From Octopus bimaculoides (taxonomy: Eukaryota): a stretch of 64,000 bases of DNA. The stretch covers positions 59,199,960-59,263,959 of the forward strand of contig NC_068994.1 of assembly GCF_001194135.2 (NCBI RefSeq), written 5' to 3'. Shown one piece after another: positions 1-30,000 of this stretch. Every line of letters starts with the position of its first letter. Position 1 is the first letter of the stretch. The position numbers were made by a program, and so were the translations under genes. The notes beneath the pieces were generated by a model that was given only the letters and a program-made list of their open reading frames with translations, was not told the DNA's origin and ran no database searches.

Positions 1-157
1 TGTGAAACAATGATGATGATTACATCAACACATACACATACACACATACATGCACCTCTCTCTGTATATACATCTCTCTGTATATACATCTCTTTGCTCT
101 GCATGCACTGAACAAAAAAAAATATTAAAAAAGATAAATATTTAAAAAGGGAATCAC

Positions 158-18205
<18,048 letters not shown>

Positions 18206-18368
18206 TGTTGTATATAGGTTCCCGGCGTATTTTCTCTTACAATAAATATTTGTCTGATACGTGAATAAGGTGTGTTTCTTGTTTGTCCGTGCATAATGAG
18301 TTGTGGACGAAAGCAGCAAACAAAACTGTCAGAGAAGATAAGCAAAAAGTTGTGATTGAGGTCGCCAT

Positions 18369-21246
18369 TTTACTTAATCTCCACATGACTTGAGTCAGAT
18401 GACTTGAATGATATCATATTAGTTTTAAGGCCACAAATGTGGGTCAGCTTTTATTAAGCTGCAATAATCAGTCAAAAAATATATATTTTTGCGATTATCA
18501 ACGAAGGATGTGGTTATTTTTAGTCATACCTTTCAGTAGCATGGTTAAATGAATCACATTTTTATGTTATGCAATTTATGTTGCCGGTGATGTATTACTT
18601 GTTTCCAAACTTTTCTGTTGGTCCCTAACTTGTTAGTAACTGCTTTTTCGGGGTATATTATCAACGAAAATACTATCACCTATAAATAAATTGTACCGTC
18701 AGGAAAACTTATTTGGGTCTTATATCCAAATAAAAGTGATACCATCAAGATGTAAACCAAAAATATCTTGAAATGTGAGACACAATGTCCAGCATTTGAA
18801 ATGGTAGAATAGCAATGGGCTTAATATTCAAACAAATACAAAAGAATTATACACGGAGAAAAAAAATTAGATACGATATACTGCAAGTCGTTTTTTGGAC
18901 TGTTGCAGAGACAAAAATTCTTTCATTGTTTTAACATTTAGAAACCTGCTGGATCGGCTTCTGGTACGCTTTTGATCAGTTGTCAGAAAACGTGTGCAGA
19001 ATATTCTCAACTCTCTCACGGATATGCTAATGGCAATGGCTATTTCATTTATAGTCAGTCGCCTATCATCCATCACTATGTGGTGAACATGATCAATATT
19101 TTCCTCAGTGGTGGCAGTTACAGGACATCAAGACCTTGGGTTATCTTCAAGACTCTCTCTTTCCCTCTTAAATTCAGCTTCTCACTTTTTTTACTATTGA
19201 TAGGGCTGGAGCGGCATCCCCTAATCTAGCAACCATGTCAGAATGCGTGTCCTTGGGACTAAACCCTTTTTTTCTACGGGTACTTGATAACATCACGAAG
19301 CCAAATTTTGTCCATTTTCAAGCGATGTTGCTACTATTACTTTTGAAGTCTTCTTTAAACAGTGAGATGTCAGTCTACCTGAACAGAAGCAATGCATTTG
19401 TTAATAAGAAGGGTTGAAATTAATGCATGCATGTTGGCACAGCTCTAGCATCGCCACTTCATAGTCAACCTATGTATCTTTCAGTCCACTCTCGTAAATT
19501 TATTAATGGACCAGAGGTGACTCTCATCAATTTCACTCTCAAAGAATCTTTCTAATTTCTTTGATCGACTTATTTTATAACAGAAAAGATTTAAAAGCAG
19601 GAGATATTAGTGAGTTTAAATTGTGTGAAATGATTAAGAACCTTCCGTAGTAGTAACACCATCTTCAGTTCTACATTTTACTTTGGCAAAAATATGTTAG
19701 TTCCTTCGATTAATGCTCTCCTTGAAATAATTTCTTTTTTATTGAGTTCACGTGTTTGTGCATCATTAATACCACAATGACGAACGTTTCCACGTTAAAA
19801 GTGGCACTTCACATTCATCGTTGCCCTGTTTGCTCTGCGACTCTACAAGTGATTTTATACTCATGTTTGAGCATTTTATCCATGGCGTATACTGGATTAT
19901 TTTACCTGTGGAAACTACCACAGATCGTAAATTCAATGCTTACAATTTATGGCAACAGGTGACAAACCCATAGCAGAAACTAAAATTAATTACTTTAACA
20001 GCTGCCAGCCACTGTTCACCCTAAGTTATCAAAAGAATATTTCGAAAGTAGCTATATTACGGGTGCGAGTGAAAAGATACCTCAAGTACCAGAGCGAAAA
20101 ATGCTCGAGAGTAGGAAAAAAAAGCCACAAGGGAAAAATGGTATATTTTCATAATTCTCAGAATGGCTGTAATTGTGCTAAAATACAAGAAAAATTATAG
20201 CAATTCCTGCAATTAAAGAATAAAGAATGTCAATGGCATAATAGGCGAACAAAAGAACCCCTCTTGCATCCAGCGTTTCTTCTGAATTTTGCTGAGTGCA
20301 GAAATTTGCTTTAGTGCAAATTTTGTTTTTCTCTACAAAGTATAAAGCGCATTCAAGCAAGTATCCATATTGAGAAAAAATATTCAATTTCATCACGAGA
20401 AATTTGTGCGCGCCAACGACAAGCCGTGTGCGCGCGCACAAGCGCACAGCCCAGCAACAGCACCTGGTCCATCTGGAATCGTCCAAATGTAACGAGTGAT
20501 TTTACAACGATAATTAAACCAGATCTTCATGGTTTCTGCTTCAATCAATCTTTTTCTCTTTCTCACACATACGCTTTTACCCTCACTTTCTCTCCCCTCC
20601 CTTTATCTTTCCCCTACTCTTCTCCCCCCCCTCTGTCTACCTTACGTCTATCTCTCTCTTCCTACTCTTTCTTCCCTCTCACCCCCTCGCTTATCTTTCT
20701 CCTCCTCACCTCATCCCCCGGTTTTTCATAGACAAAAGAGTGGAAGGTGAAATCTCACATATCCGAAGAATTCTCAAAATTACTTCTGGATAAAGATTAC
20801 CAGACCTTAATTGGGAGACACATGTCTTGGGAAACTACATGATATATGCCAAGCATGTGTGCGTGCGCGCGCGAGTGTGTGCATTCACACACACACACAC
20901 ATATATATCTAATATAATAAATGTGAAAACTAATTTCTGTGTGTCGGTGTGTCACACTTTGATCGGTGTATTGATGAATACTGTTAATTATTTGGAAACT
21001 ATTTTTCAATTTTAATGAAATTCAATATGTACTCAATGCATGAAGTGTCATTGTTGGGCCCAATCAAGAACCCTTCGTAGGAGCGGGTGGCTCTGAAGCT
21101 AGGGTATATAATCTATGTATATATCTGAGCGTGTGTTTATAGCACGAGGACTTCGCCAGTCCATCCACGCCTTCACAAAAGAGTGACCGACTCTAATAAA
21201 TTGTGCAAGTTTCCCTCGTTGGAATTATCTCCCCTTCGCGAGAGAG
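18369..21246. promoter_or_regulatory. Divergent (head-to-head) promoter region between the uncharacterised gene and CDC23
   Basis: Inferred from gene orientation. CpG-richer patches at 20400-20460, 20855-20880 and 21060-21250. TTCGCGAGA-gAGATGGCGG lies at the CDC23 start and AAAATGGCG at 18371-18363. Confidence 0.45.
18900..19160 (-). mobile_element. mariner transposase HTH relic
   Basis: MMDDRRLTINEIAIAISIS...LTTDQKRTR. Confidence 0.65.
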
Positions 21247-21347
21247 ATGGCGGATATTTCAAGTTTAGATCTTTGTCAAGTGAAAGAAGAATTGATTCAG
21301 GCCAACTGGCAATGCAACATTCGGGGTTTGACTCATGGGGCCACCAG
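21247..21347 (+). CDS. CDC23: CDC23 exon 1
   Basis: [33 protein letters not shown]; AG|GTAAGG donor. Confidence 0.88.
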
Positions 21348-24300
21348 GTAAGGCTCAGCATCGATTTTACACAAATGTAAACATTATTATCACTAGAAGA
21401 GTTTCAGTTTTGCTTAATTGACATTTTTGAAATAGATCGGTGGGAATCACGAAAACCGTGTTAACAGCAGAAAAGAGGGTGCGAACACCAAAACCTTAAT
21501 TATTGATAATTATATCGGATTAATTAATTATTTTGGATCTTTTTTTTCTTTTCTTTTCACTTGTATTATGCTCTGTCTTTCAAACCCCAATAAAGACAGG
21601 TCTCTAAGTAAGAAACAAGCTTCTTTCGCAGGACCTAGACAAGGCATTGACCAGGTTTTGAATTCTGCGCGGATTAGAATCACAGAACTTTTAAATATTA
21701 GTCGATGTTTTTCGCTGTCGAAATATAAGTACTTTAAGTCATGTGACAATTTAAATTGGTATCAAATATTCAATTTTGGCGACCGCAGAAAGAATTCTTT
21801 TCGTGAAGGGTGCAAATTCTGTGGGTGCATCATCAACATTGTCGGTTCGTGTATTTTAAATTAGTATTAAAAGAAAATGAAACGTGTCAGAGATCGATAA
21901 GAATTTTATCGAACTGAAATATGTCCTTCTGCTCTTATAAACTTCTACTTTGATTACAAGTTTTTAGAAAACTTGTAGGTCTTTCCTAAAAAGTCGTTTA
22001 AGTTGCTTTTATCTAACCATCATTTAGTCTTTTCAAACCAAAATCAGAATTCTTTCATTAGAATAATATCCCAAATCTTTTAAAATTCTACTTTATTTTT
22101 TCTAATTAACTCATCTAGTTGATAATATACAGAATAAAGTACACCTTGATGCTATTTTTATTTACGTTTAATGAGACTCACCTATTACTTCCAATATTCC
22201 AACTGTTACATAAACATTTGAAACATTAACAGAACTTTCTGATTTCTCATTACTATTATTGCTGGTGTTTCTTTGTGCTGTATTATTATTATTATTATTA
22301 AATAAATAAATTATCATTATATTGAACTCAAGTACTACCATAGTTGACTTTGCTTTCATCCTTTCGCAGTCAATAAAATAAAGTACGTCAAGTACTGGAG
22401 TGGATGTGATCGACTTGCCCCTGCCCTCAAAATTACTGGCCTTGTAGTAAAATTAGAAAGAATTTGGAGTTGTTAAGTACCAGTCATGTATTGGAGCAAT
22501 GTAATTGCCTAACCCCCACCCCACTAAAATTACTGGCTTTGTGCCAAAATGTGAAACATTACTTTTATTATTTTCGTTGCTGGGTTTGCAGGAAAGGGCA
22601 GCGTTTATGAACTTTACAGTCCCTCCAAAACGGTTGAGTTTGATGTTAATGTTGTTAAGATTGTTGCAGGTCAACACTTGCAGTAGAGACAGGAATAGAG
22701 AGATTTCAGTGGGATGGTGTCTGGGGGAAGAATGAAGGGGTGTTTTGTTTTATAAAGGCTGGACATGGTGGTGGAGGGGGGATAGGCCATAAATGTATAG
22801 AAGGAAGAGAGTTGCAGACAAAAATGAATCCTGGGGTATGTTGAAGTTGACTGAGAGTCAGAAAGAAAGCTCCATCAATGCATGCTGTGATGGTGTAATC
22901 TGATGAGATGCTACCAATCCGAGAGATGAGGGGAGCTCCTAAGCAGGAGGTTTTCATGGAAGATTCACATCATCACCGTCATCACTTAAATGTCTGTTTT
23001 CCAAGCTGGTGTGGTTTGGATGATCCAACAGGAACCAGCAAGAGCACAGAGCTGCACCAAGAGGTTCCAATTGTCTGCTTTGGCATGGTGTTCTGTGGTT
23101 GGAAGCCCTTCCTAACACCAGCCACTTTACAGATTGTACTGGTTGCTTTTCATGTGGCCCCAGTATGGGTGCTTTACACACGAGGGCCTTTTACATGGCA
23201 CTGACAATCGTAACATTTACATATTTAGGGCCACACTGTACTGAATCGTTTGTTCTTTCGTTTTTTTTGTTTTTTTTTAAATAAAATAATCGAAGAAGAA
23301 GAGGCAATGATCCCTGTTTTATAAGGATCTCTTATATAGGTGGGACTTGATGTGGTTTGTGTTCAGTTTGAACATTTGTTGGTTGTTGGGATGGTGGTGG
23401 TGGTGGGGGAGAGGGATTATGTTTATGTTGTTGTTGTTTAATAGCATTATTTCTTCTTTTTTGTTTTGATTGTTACTTATTTTTGCATATTTTAAATGAA
23501 ATATATTTTCAGACTTGCTGAATTAGCTTACTGCTTAAAGACAAGTCACGATTCAGGAGGACATATTCCATCTTTTTCCCAACCCGTAAGTAATAATGTC
23601 TGAAGTTCAATAACATCACAATCAAAAGACGAATTGATAATGTTCAGTTTGTTTGTGTGTCATAATAAAAGGAAAAAGTTTTTCCTTCTCGAACCATACC
23701 AGGCTCTACTCTGTCCTACCATATTCCCACTCAGTCAAAAGTGTCCGCTTGTCTTTCGAGTTAGATGACAAAGCCCCTGGTGCCCATGGCATGAAACAGC
23801 AGCTTCCACCGCAGCTGTTGAGCCCATGCCAAGACTTGGACACTATTGCAAGACATGACCCTCCCTACTTGTTGGATCCTCTTGAACCATCCAGCATGTA
23901 GAGTGGATTTTAAATCGTGATGATTTTTATATGCCTCTGACCCTAGATTTTACCTGAATTTTTATATTTGTGTGATTTCCTTTGTGTGTTTGTATACTTT
24001 CTCAATTGAATTCTGTTTTATATACTTCCATCTTTCTTCTGTTTATAGTTTGAGAATTTACAAAAGGAATACTGTGTTTATTCATTAGCCAAGAGTTACT
24101 TTGACCTTAAAGAATATCTTCGTGCTGTGCATTTCTTGGAGCAGTCTGAACTTCAGAGCAATGTAACCTACTTTCTCTACATGTACTCTAGATATCTAGC
24201 AGAAGAGAAAAGAAGATCATATAATATGACTGATTCTTTCAGTAAGTAAACAAAATTTGTTACTTTTGCCATATTTACTAAAACCTATTCCAGTAATAAA

Positions 24301-27052
24301 GACCAGTGAATGTTGTGTTTGGGTTAAGGTTTATCTGAGTCATTTACTTGAAGCAGAATTAAAATGTTGTTAATGAGTGTAACTGTCATATAAGCAGGGT
24401 TGTCTGTTTTCAATCCTTCATGAAAACCTAGCTGGCCATGGGTCAATATTACCACACCTGGAACAGGTGAGCACTAGCCACAGAAACAGCATCTCTCATG
24501 CTCTCTCCCTCCCACTGAGGTAACCTTGTATCTCCTCTATTGTAAGACTCCTGTTTCTGCTCCCTCTTTCATACTCTATCCTCTCATCACCTGGCACAAA
24601 ACCACCTCCTTCAATACCCCGCCCTCTCAAAGGATCTTTGTCTTGAATGTTACTTGGTGATGGTGCCACATAAAAAGCACCCACTTCATTCTATAAAGTT
24701 GGCATTAAGAAGGGCATCCAGCCATAATAACCATGCCAAAGCAGACAATGGAACTTGGGGCAGCTCTCTGGCCTTGCCAGCCCTGGTCAAACCATCCAAC
24801 CCATGCTAGCATGGACAACGGATGATGATGATTTCCTGTGTATGTGTGTGTACTGAGTTTGTAAGTGAATCCCTAATTTGACGAATGGAAGTCTCATTTA
24901 GGAATGCTGTATTGTTCTTTCAGCAAGTATGACCTCAGTTATAAACGATGATTTAGCGAGAGTGAAGATTCTAAAAACAGAGTTATCAGAAAAGCATCAA
25001 AAGAAAGAACTTGATGGATTTTGTTTATATTTGTAAGTTTTTTTGGAATTTTTTGTATTTCTAATACACTTTGTTCGATTGCTTTAAATGCACAAACACA
25101 TTTGTAAGGAAGTTATTTTGTATTTGCTGTATAAAATAGAATTTCTTTTACTGAGCTTCTAAAATATGCTTAACAAGCATTTTAGATTTCATTAGCTTGG
25201 ATAACTGAGTGGGCATATTTTGAGAATAACTAACTGTAGAATGGTTGGCATTAGGAATGGCATGTAACCATTAGAATCATACCAAAGCAAACACTGGAGC
25301 TTTATTGTTATCCTCCAACTTGTCGGTTCGTGTTGAACTGCCCAGGCCATACTACTACTACTACTACTATGGATAATGGACATTGATTGATGATGATGAT
25401 GATTTTTACTGAGTAACCAATATTTTAAACTGAACAAAACAACGAAAGAAATGCAAAGATCCTTGTCTAAAATAACTTGTTGCTGGTTTTACATGGTACA
25501 AATGTATTTAAAAAACAGACCATTTAAGGCCATTGCAATCAAACCTAGCTTGATATTTTGTTTACTTTGTAGGTATGGTGTTGTTCTGAAGAAGTTAGAT
25601 TTACTCAAAGAAGCTACCAATGTTTTATTGGAATCTGTCCACAAAGAACCACTCCATTGGGGTGCTTGGCAAGAACTTAACACTTTAATTCCAGACAAAG
25701 AGACTGTAAGTTAAATTATGTTGCTACTGTTGTTTCTTCTTCTTCTTCTCCTTCTTCTTCTTCTTCTAATAATAATAATAATAATGCTGCTTTCACTATC
25801 ACTTGTTATTGTTGGATTTCTGAAATACTCAAAATATTCAAAATCTCCTGAACTAGTTACATATTCAGTGAAACTGTTAAAATAGATTTGCTTTGCTTTC
25901 AGGTTAAACTGAGTTAGGGTCTGTGACTTGTGAAGAACATTTGTGTCTGTTGTTAGAATGTGGCTTTTAGAAATTTGAAACTAACAACAAAATATAAGAG
26001 AATCAAGACTTTTTGATATATTTTAAACCAATCTATAATATTTCTTTGTAGATAATAATATTTGTTGGTAATTATAGATGTTACTTTCATAAATGAGATC
26101 TCTTAAATTGAACCAACAATTAGACTGGTGAATATTTTATTTGGACCAGTTGTAGCTGGAGTTATATCTGCTATTTCTCATATTAAACTTTTTCATATGA
26201 AATATTTTCCAAAACTATTTTAGCTAAATATTCTATTACAAAACTGCTGTTTATTCCATTGTTTTTTTTTTCTTACCCTTGTATTTAAATTTCCTTTCTA
26301 TATCCCAGCTTCAATCATTGACATTACCAAACCATTGGATAAAACACTTATTTCTTGCACACATGTACTCAGAACTACAACACACAGATGAAGCTTTACA
26401 AATCTACCAGTCTTTCATTGATAACGGATTTGCCGACTGCACTTACATTCAAGCACAAATGGCTATTGCTCACGACAACAGTCGAAGTAGGTCATTCAGT
26501 AAAAACTTTATTTTGGCTCAAATAATAATAATTATTAATTTTAATGTTTTAACTCTGTTGTAAGATTATAAAGATTAATTAAGTTTAATAAGTAGTTTAA
26601 ATACGACCAGTAAAATCACAAGATTCTAGTCAAACTCCTAATAACTATGCTATCTAAATGTACATAGACACTTGCAAACTTACCTGCAAAAAATGTCTCA
26701 GGTCATTTCAGATCTACCTGGGACAAGTCTGCAAAACTTTGTATGGGGTCAAATCAAACTGCTTTTTTAATAATAATAATAATTATATATAAAGTGGCTG
26801 ACATTAGGAAGGGCATCCAGCTGCAGAAACCTTTCCACAACTGACAGTAGAGCTTGACACAGTCCTCTGGCTTAGCAGCTGCTGTCAAACTGTCCAACCC
26901 ATGCCAGCATGAAAAAACAGACGTTAAATGATGATGAGTAAGAGGAGGCACAGACAAGGCTGTGTAATGAAGAAGTCTGCTTCCCAACCACATGGTTTTG
27001 AGTTCAGTTCCCACAATGTGGTACCTTGGGCCTGCAGCTGACTTAAGCCCAA

Positions 27053-27088
<36 letters not shown>

Positions 27089-30000
27089 ATAGTGACTGTC
27101 TTTTTGCCTTGACATCATCTGATTGTTATAAACAAGTATTCCAATCAAAGAAGCAGTCCCTTGTCTTCAGTCTTATGTGAAAAACATGTCTATTCTTGGG
27201 GAAATATTACCTTGCTTGGAAACCGGTTAGGGTTGGCACAAGAAAACCCACCACAATGAATTTTGTCTGACCCCAAAAAGACATCCATTTACAAACATAT
27301 TTAGAGATTCTTGTTATGATACACATTCTTAGAAGNNNNNNNNNNNNNNNNNNNNNNNNNNNNNNNNNNNNNNNNNNNNNNNNNNNNNNNNNNNNNNNNN
27401 NNNNNNNNNNNNNNNNNNNNNNNNNNNNNNNNNNNNNNNNNNNNNNNNNNNNNNNNNNNNNNNNNNNNNNNNNNNNNNNNNNNNNNNNNNNNNNNNNNNN
27501 NNNNNNNNNNNNNNNNNNNNNNNNNNNNNNNNNNNNNNNNNNNNNNNNNNNNNNNNNNNNNNNNNNNNNNNNNNNNNNNNNNNNNNNNNNNNNNNNNNNN
27601 NNNNNNNNNNNNNNNNNNNNNNNNNNNNNNNNNNNNNNNNNNNNNNNNNNNNNNNNNNNNNNNNNNNNNNNNNNNNNNNNNNNNNNNNNNNNNNNNNNNN
27701 NNNNNNNNNNNNNNNNNNNNNNNNNNNNNNNNNNNNNNNNNNNNNNNNNNNNNNNNNNNNNNNNNNNNNNNNNNNNNNNNNNNNNNNNNNNNNNNNNNNN
27801 NNNNNNNNNNNNNNNNNNNNNNNNNNNNAATATTTGGGGCCAGGAAGAGTTAATGAGAAACTTGGAGGGTAAAGACTCTTTGGTCACAATGGTGGTGTTA
27901 TTTATTTCTTTATTGGCCACAAAGGGGCTAAACATAGAGGGGACAAACAAGGACATTCAAAGGGATTAAATCAATTACATTGACCCCAGTGCATAACTGG
28001 TACTTATTTAACTGACCCCGAAAGGATGAAAGGCAAAGTCGGCCTCGGCAGAATTTGAACTCAGAGCGTTATGGCAGATGAAATACCGCTAAGCATTTTT
28101 CCCGGCGTGCTAACCACTCTGCCAATAATATCATTATTGAGACTTTCGTGGGTACAAGCACAACTCGGTGAGAAAGAAGTTTACTTTACAGTCACATAAT
28201 TTCAACTTCAATCCTATCTTGTGGCACTTTAGGCAAATAATCTCCATTTAATTTAGTTCCTTTGAAATAGGAAGTTTGTCTCAAAGGACCAAGGTTAGTA
28301 TAAAAAGGGCTGACATAGAAATGAGTCAGGTGTATGTATAACAAATATATATATATCCATCTAGGAATTCTGTGGGTTTCAGATCCCTAATATTAAATGT
28401 TTTTTTTATTTTTCAGGAGAACCGTGTGGAATTGGCCTACTTGGCCCATAGTGTTTGTGAGATCGATAAATATCGTGTGGAAACTTGTTGTGTTATTGGT
28501 GAGTTGACATAAAATCTTCTTTTGTCTCTGTGTTTCTGTGGGTTGGACAGATCTTCTCTTCCATAATGTCTTACCGGTTGTCAATGGTGGTCCTTTATTT
28601 TCTTTGCTCTGTCACTTCTACTGGAGTCTGGTGCAGCCTTCCAGCATGCCAGCCCGGTCAAACCATCCAACCCATACCAGCATGGACAACAGACACTAAA
28701 TGATAATGATGATGATGATCAGTTTAATAATTTAGTAAGCTTGAAGTTAAGGGTTTAAGAAGCTAAAGTTAGAAATTACTGTTTAAAGTGTCAAAAGGTC
28801 ATTTTGTAGAGTTAGGGTTAGATCTGTTCTCTGTTTCATGGGGTCGCAACAAACTTGGCTTCAGTGTGACAAGCAGGATGAAATGTCCCCATCACAATGC
28901 CCACTTTAATGCCACCACCTGACTACGGACCGAGACCTTTGGAAATGGGCTGTGCGTGAGAAGACCCGGCAAGCCAAGTAAGATCGTTGCCAGTGCCCCT
29001 GGACTGGTTCTTGTGCGGTTGGCACATGAGATGCACCATTTTGAGCGTGGCCGTTGCCAGTACCGCCTGACTGGCTCCTGTAGGATTTTCGAGCGAGATC
29101 GTTGCCAGTGCCCCTGGACTGGCTTGTGCGGGTGGCACATAAAAGACACCATTTCGAGCGTGGCCGTTTTCGTGCGGGTGACACGTAAAAGCACCCACTA
29201 CACTCTGAGTGGTTGGCGTTAGGAAGGGCATCCAGCTGTAGAAACTCTGCCAAATCAGACTGGAGCCTGGTGTTGCCATCCGGTTTCACCAGTCCTCAGT
29301 CAAATCGTCCAACCCATGCTAGCATGGAAAGCGGACGTTAAACGATGATGATGATGATGATGAAGTCTTGGAAGGGGTTTTAGTGGAGGGTAGTTTAACA
29401 TTTATACTTAGTTCTCTCCCCTGCCTCATTTTTCTGTAATGGTTAAACGTTGACAAACAAGTCTTGCGCCCTATCTATCTCAATATTAGGGAATGCCTAC
29501 AAAGGTTATGGTCATTGCATGTAGGAAACCCCTTGCCAAATGAATGTAGCATGGAATATAGTATTTATTTAAATTTATTTATTCTTTTTTTATATTATTT
29601 ATTTTCAGCCAACTATTATTCACTCAGGTCTCAGCATGAAAAAGCTCTGTTATATTTCCAAAGAGCTCTCAAACTCAATCCTCACTATCTCTCAGCTTGG
29701 ACTCTTATAGGACACGAGTACATGGAAATGAAAAATATTACTGCCGCCATTGAAGCATATCGACAAGCCATTGGTGAGTTAATGCTACATAACACACACA
29801 CACACACACACACATATTATCAGTGGTTCTTAAACAGGATTACACACTTATCATAGCAACTACAATATCATTCATTAACTGCATTAGGTCCACTCTTTTT
29901 GCTGAACTACTGACCATCACCGACCATCAATGAATCCCCCCCCAAAAAAACTGAAACAACAGATATACGTTGACCATCTCTACATTCGCCATTTTTACCA

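Noticed and set aside
20178-20750. ORFs in the divergent promoter region
   Set aside because: No splice support or recognisable motif; partly a CT-rich low-complexity tract.
28892-29289. Four overlapping ORFs of 88-127 aa
   Set aside because: They lie wholly within a GC-richer family A repeat.
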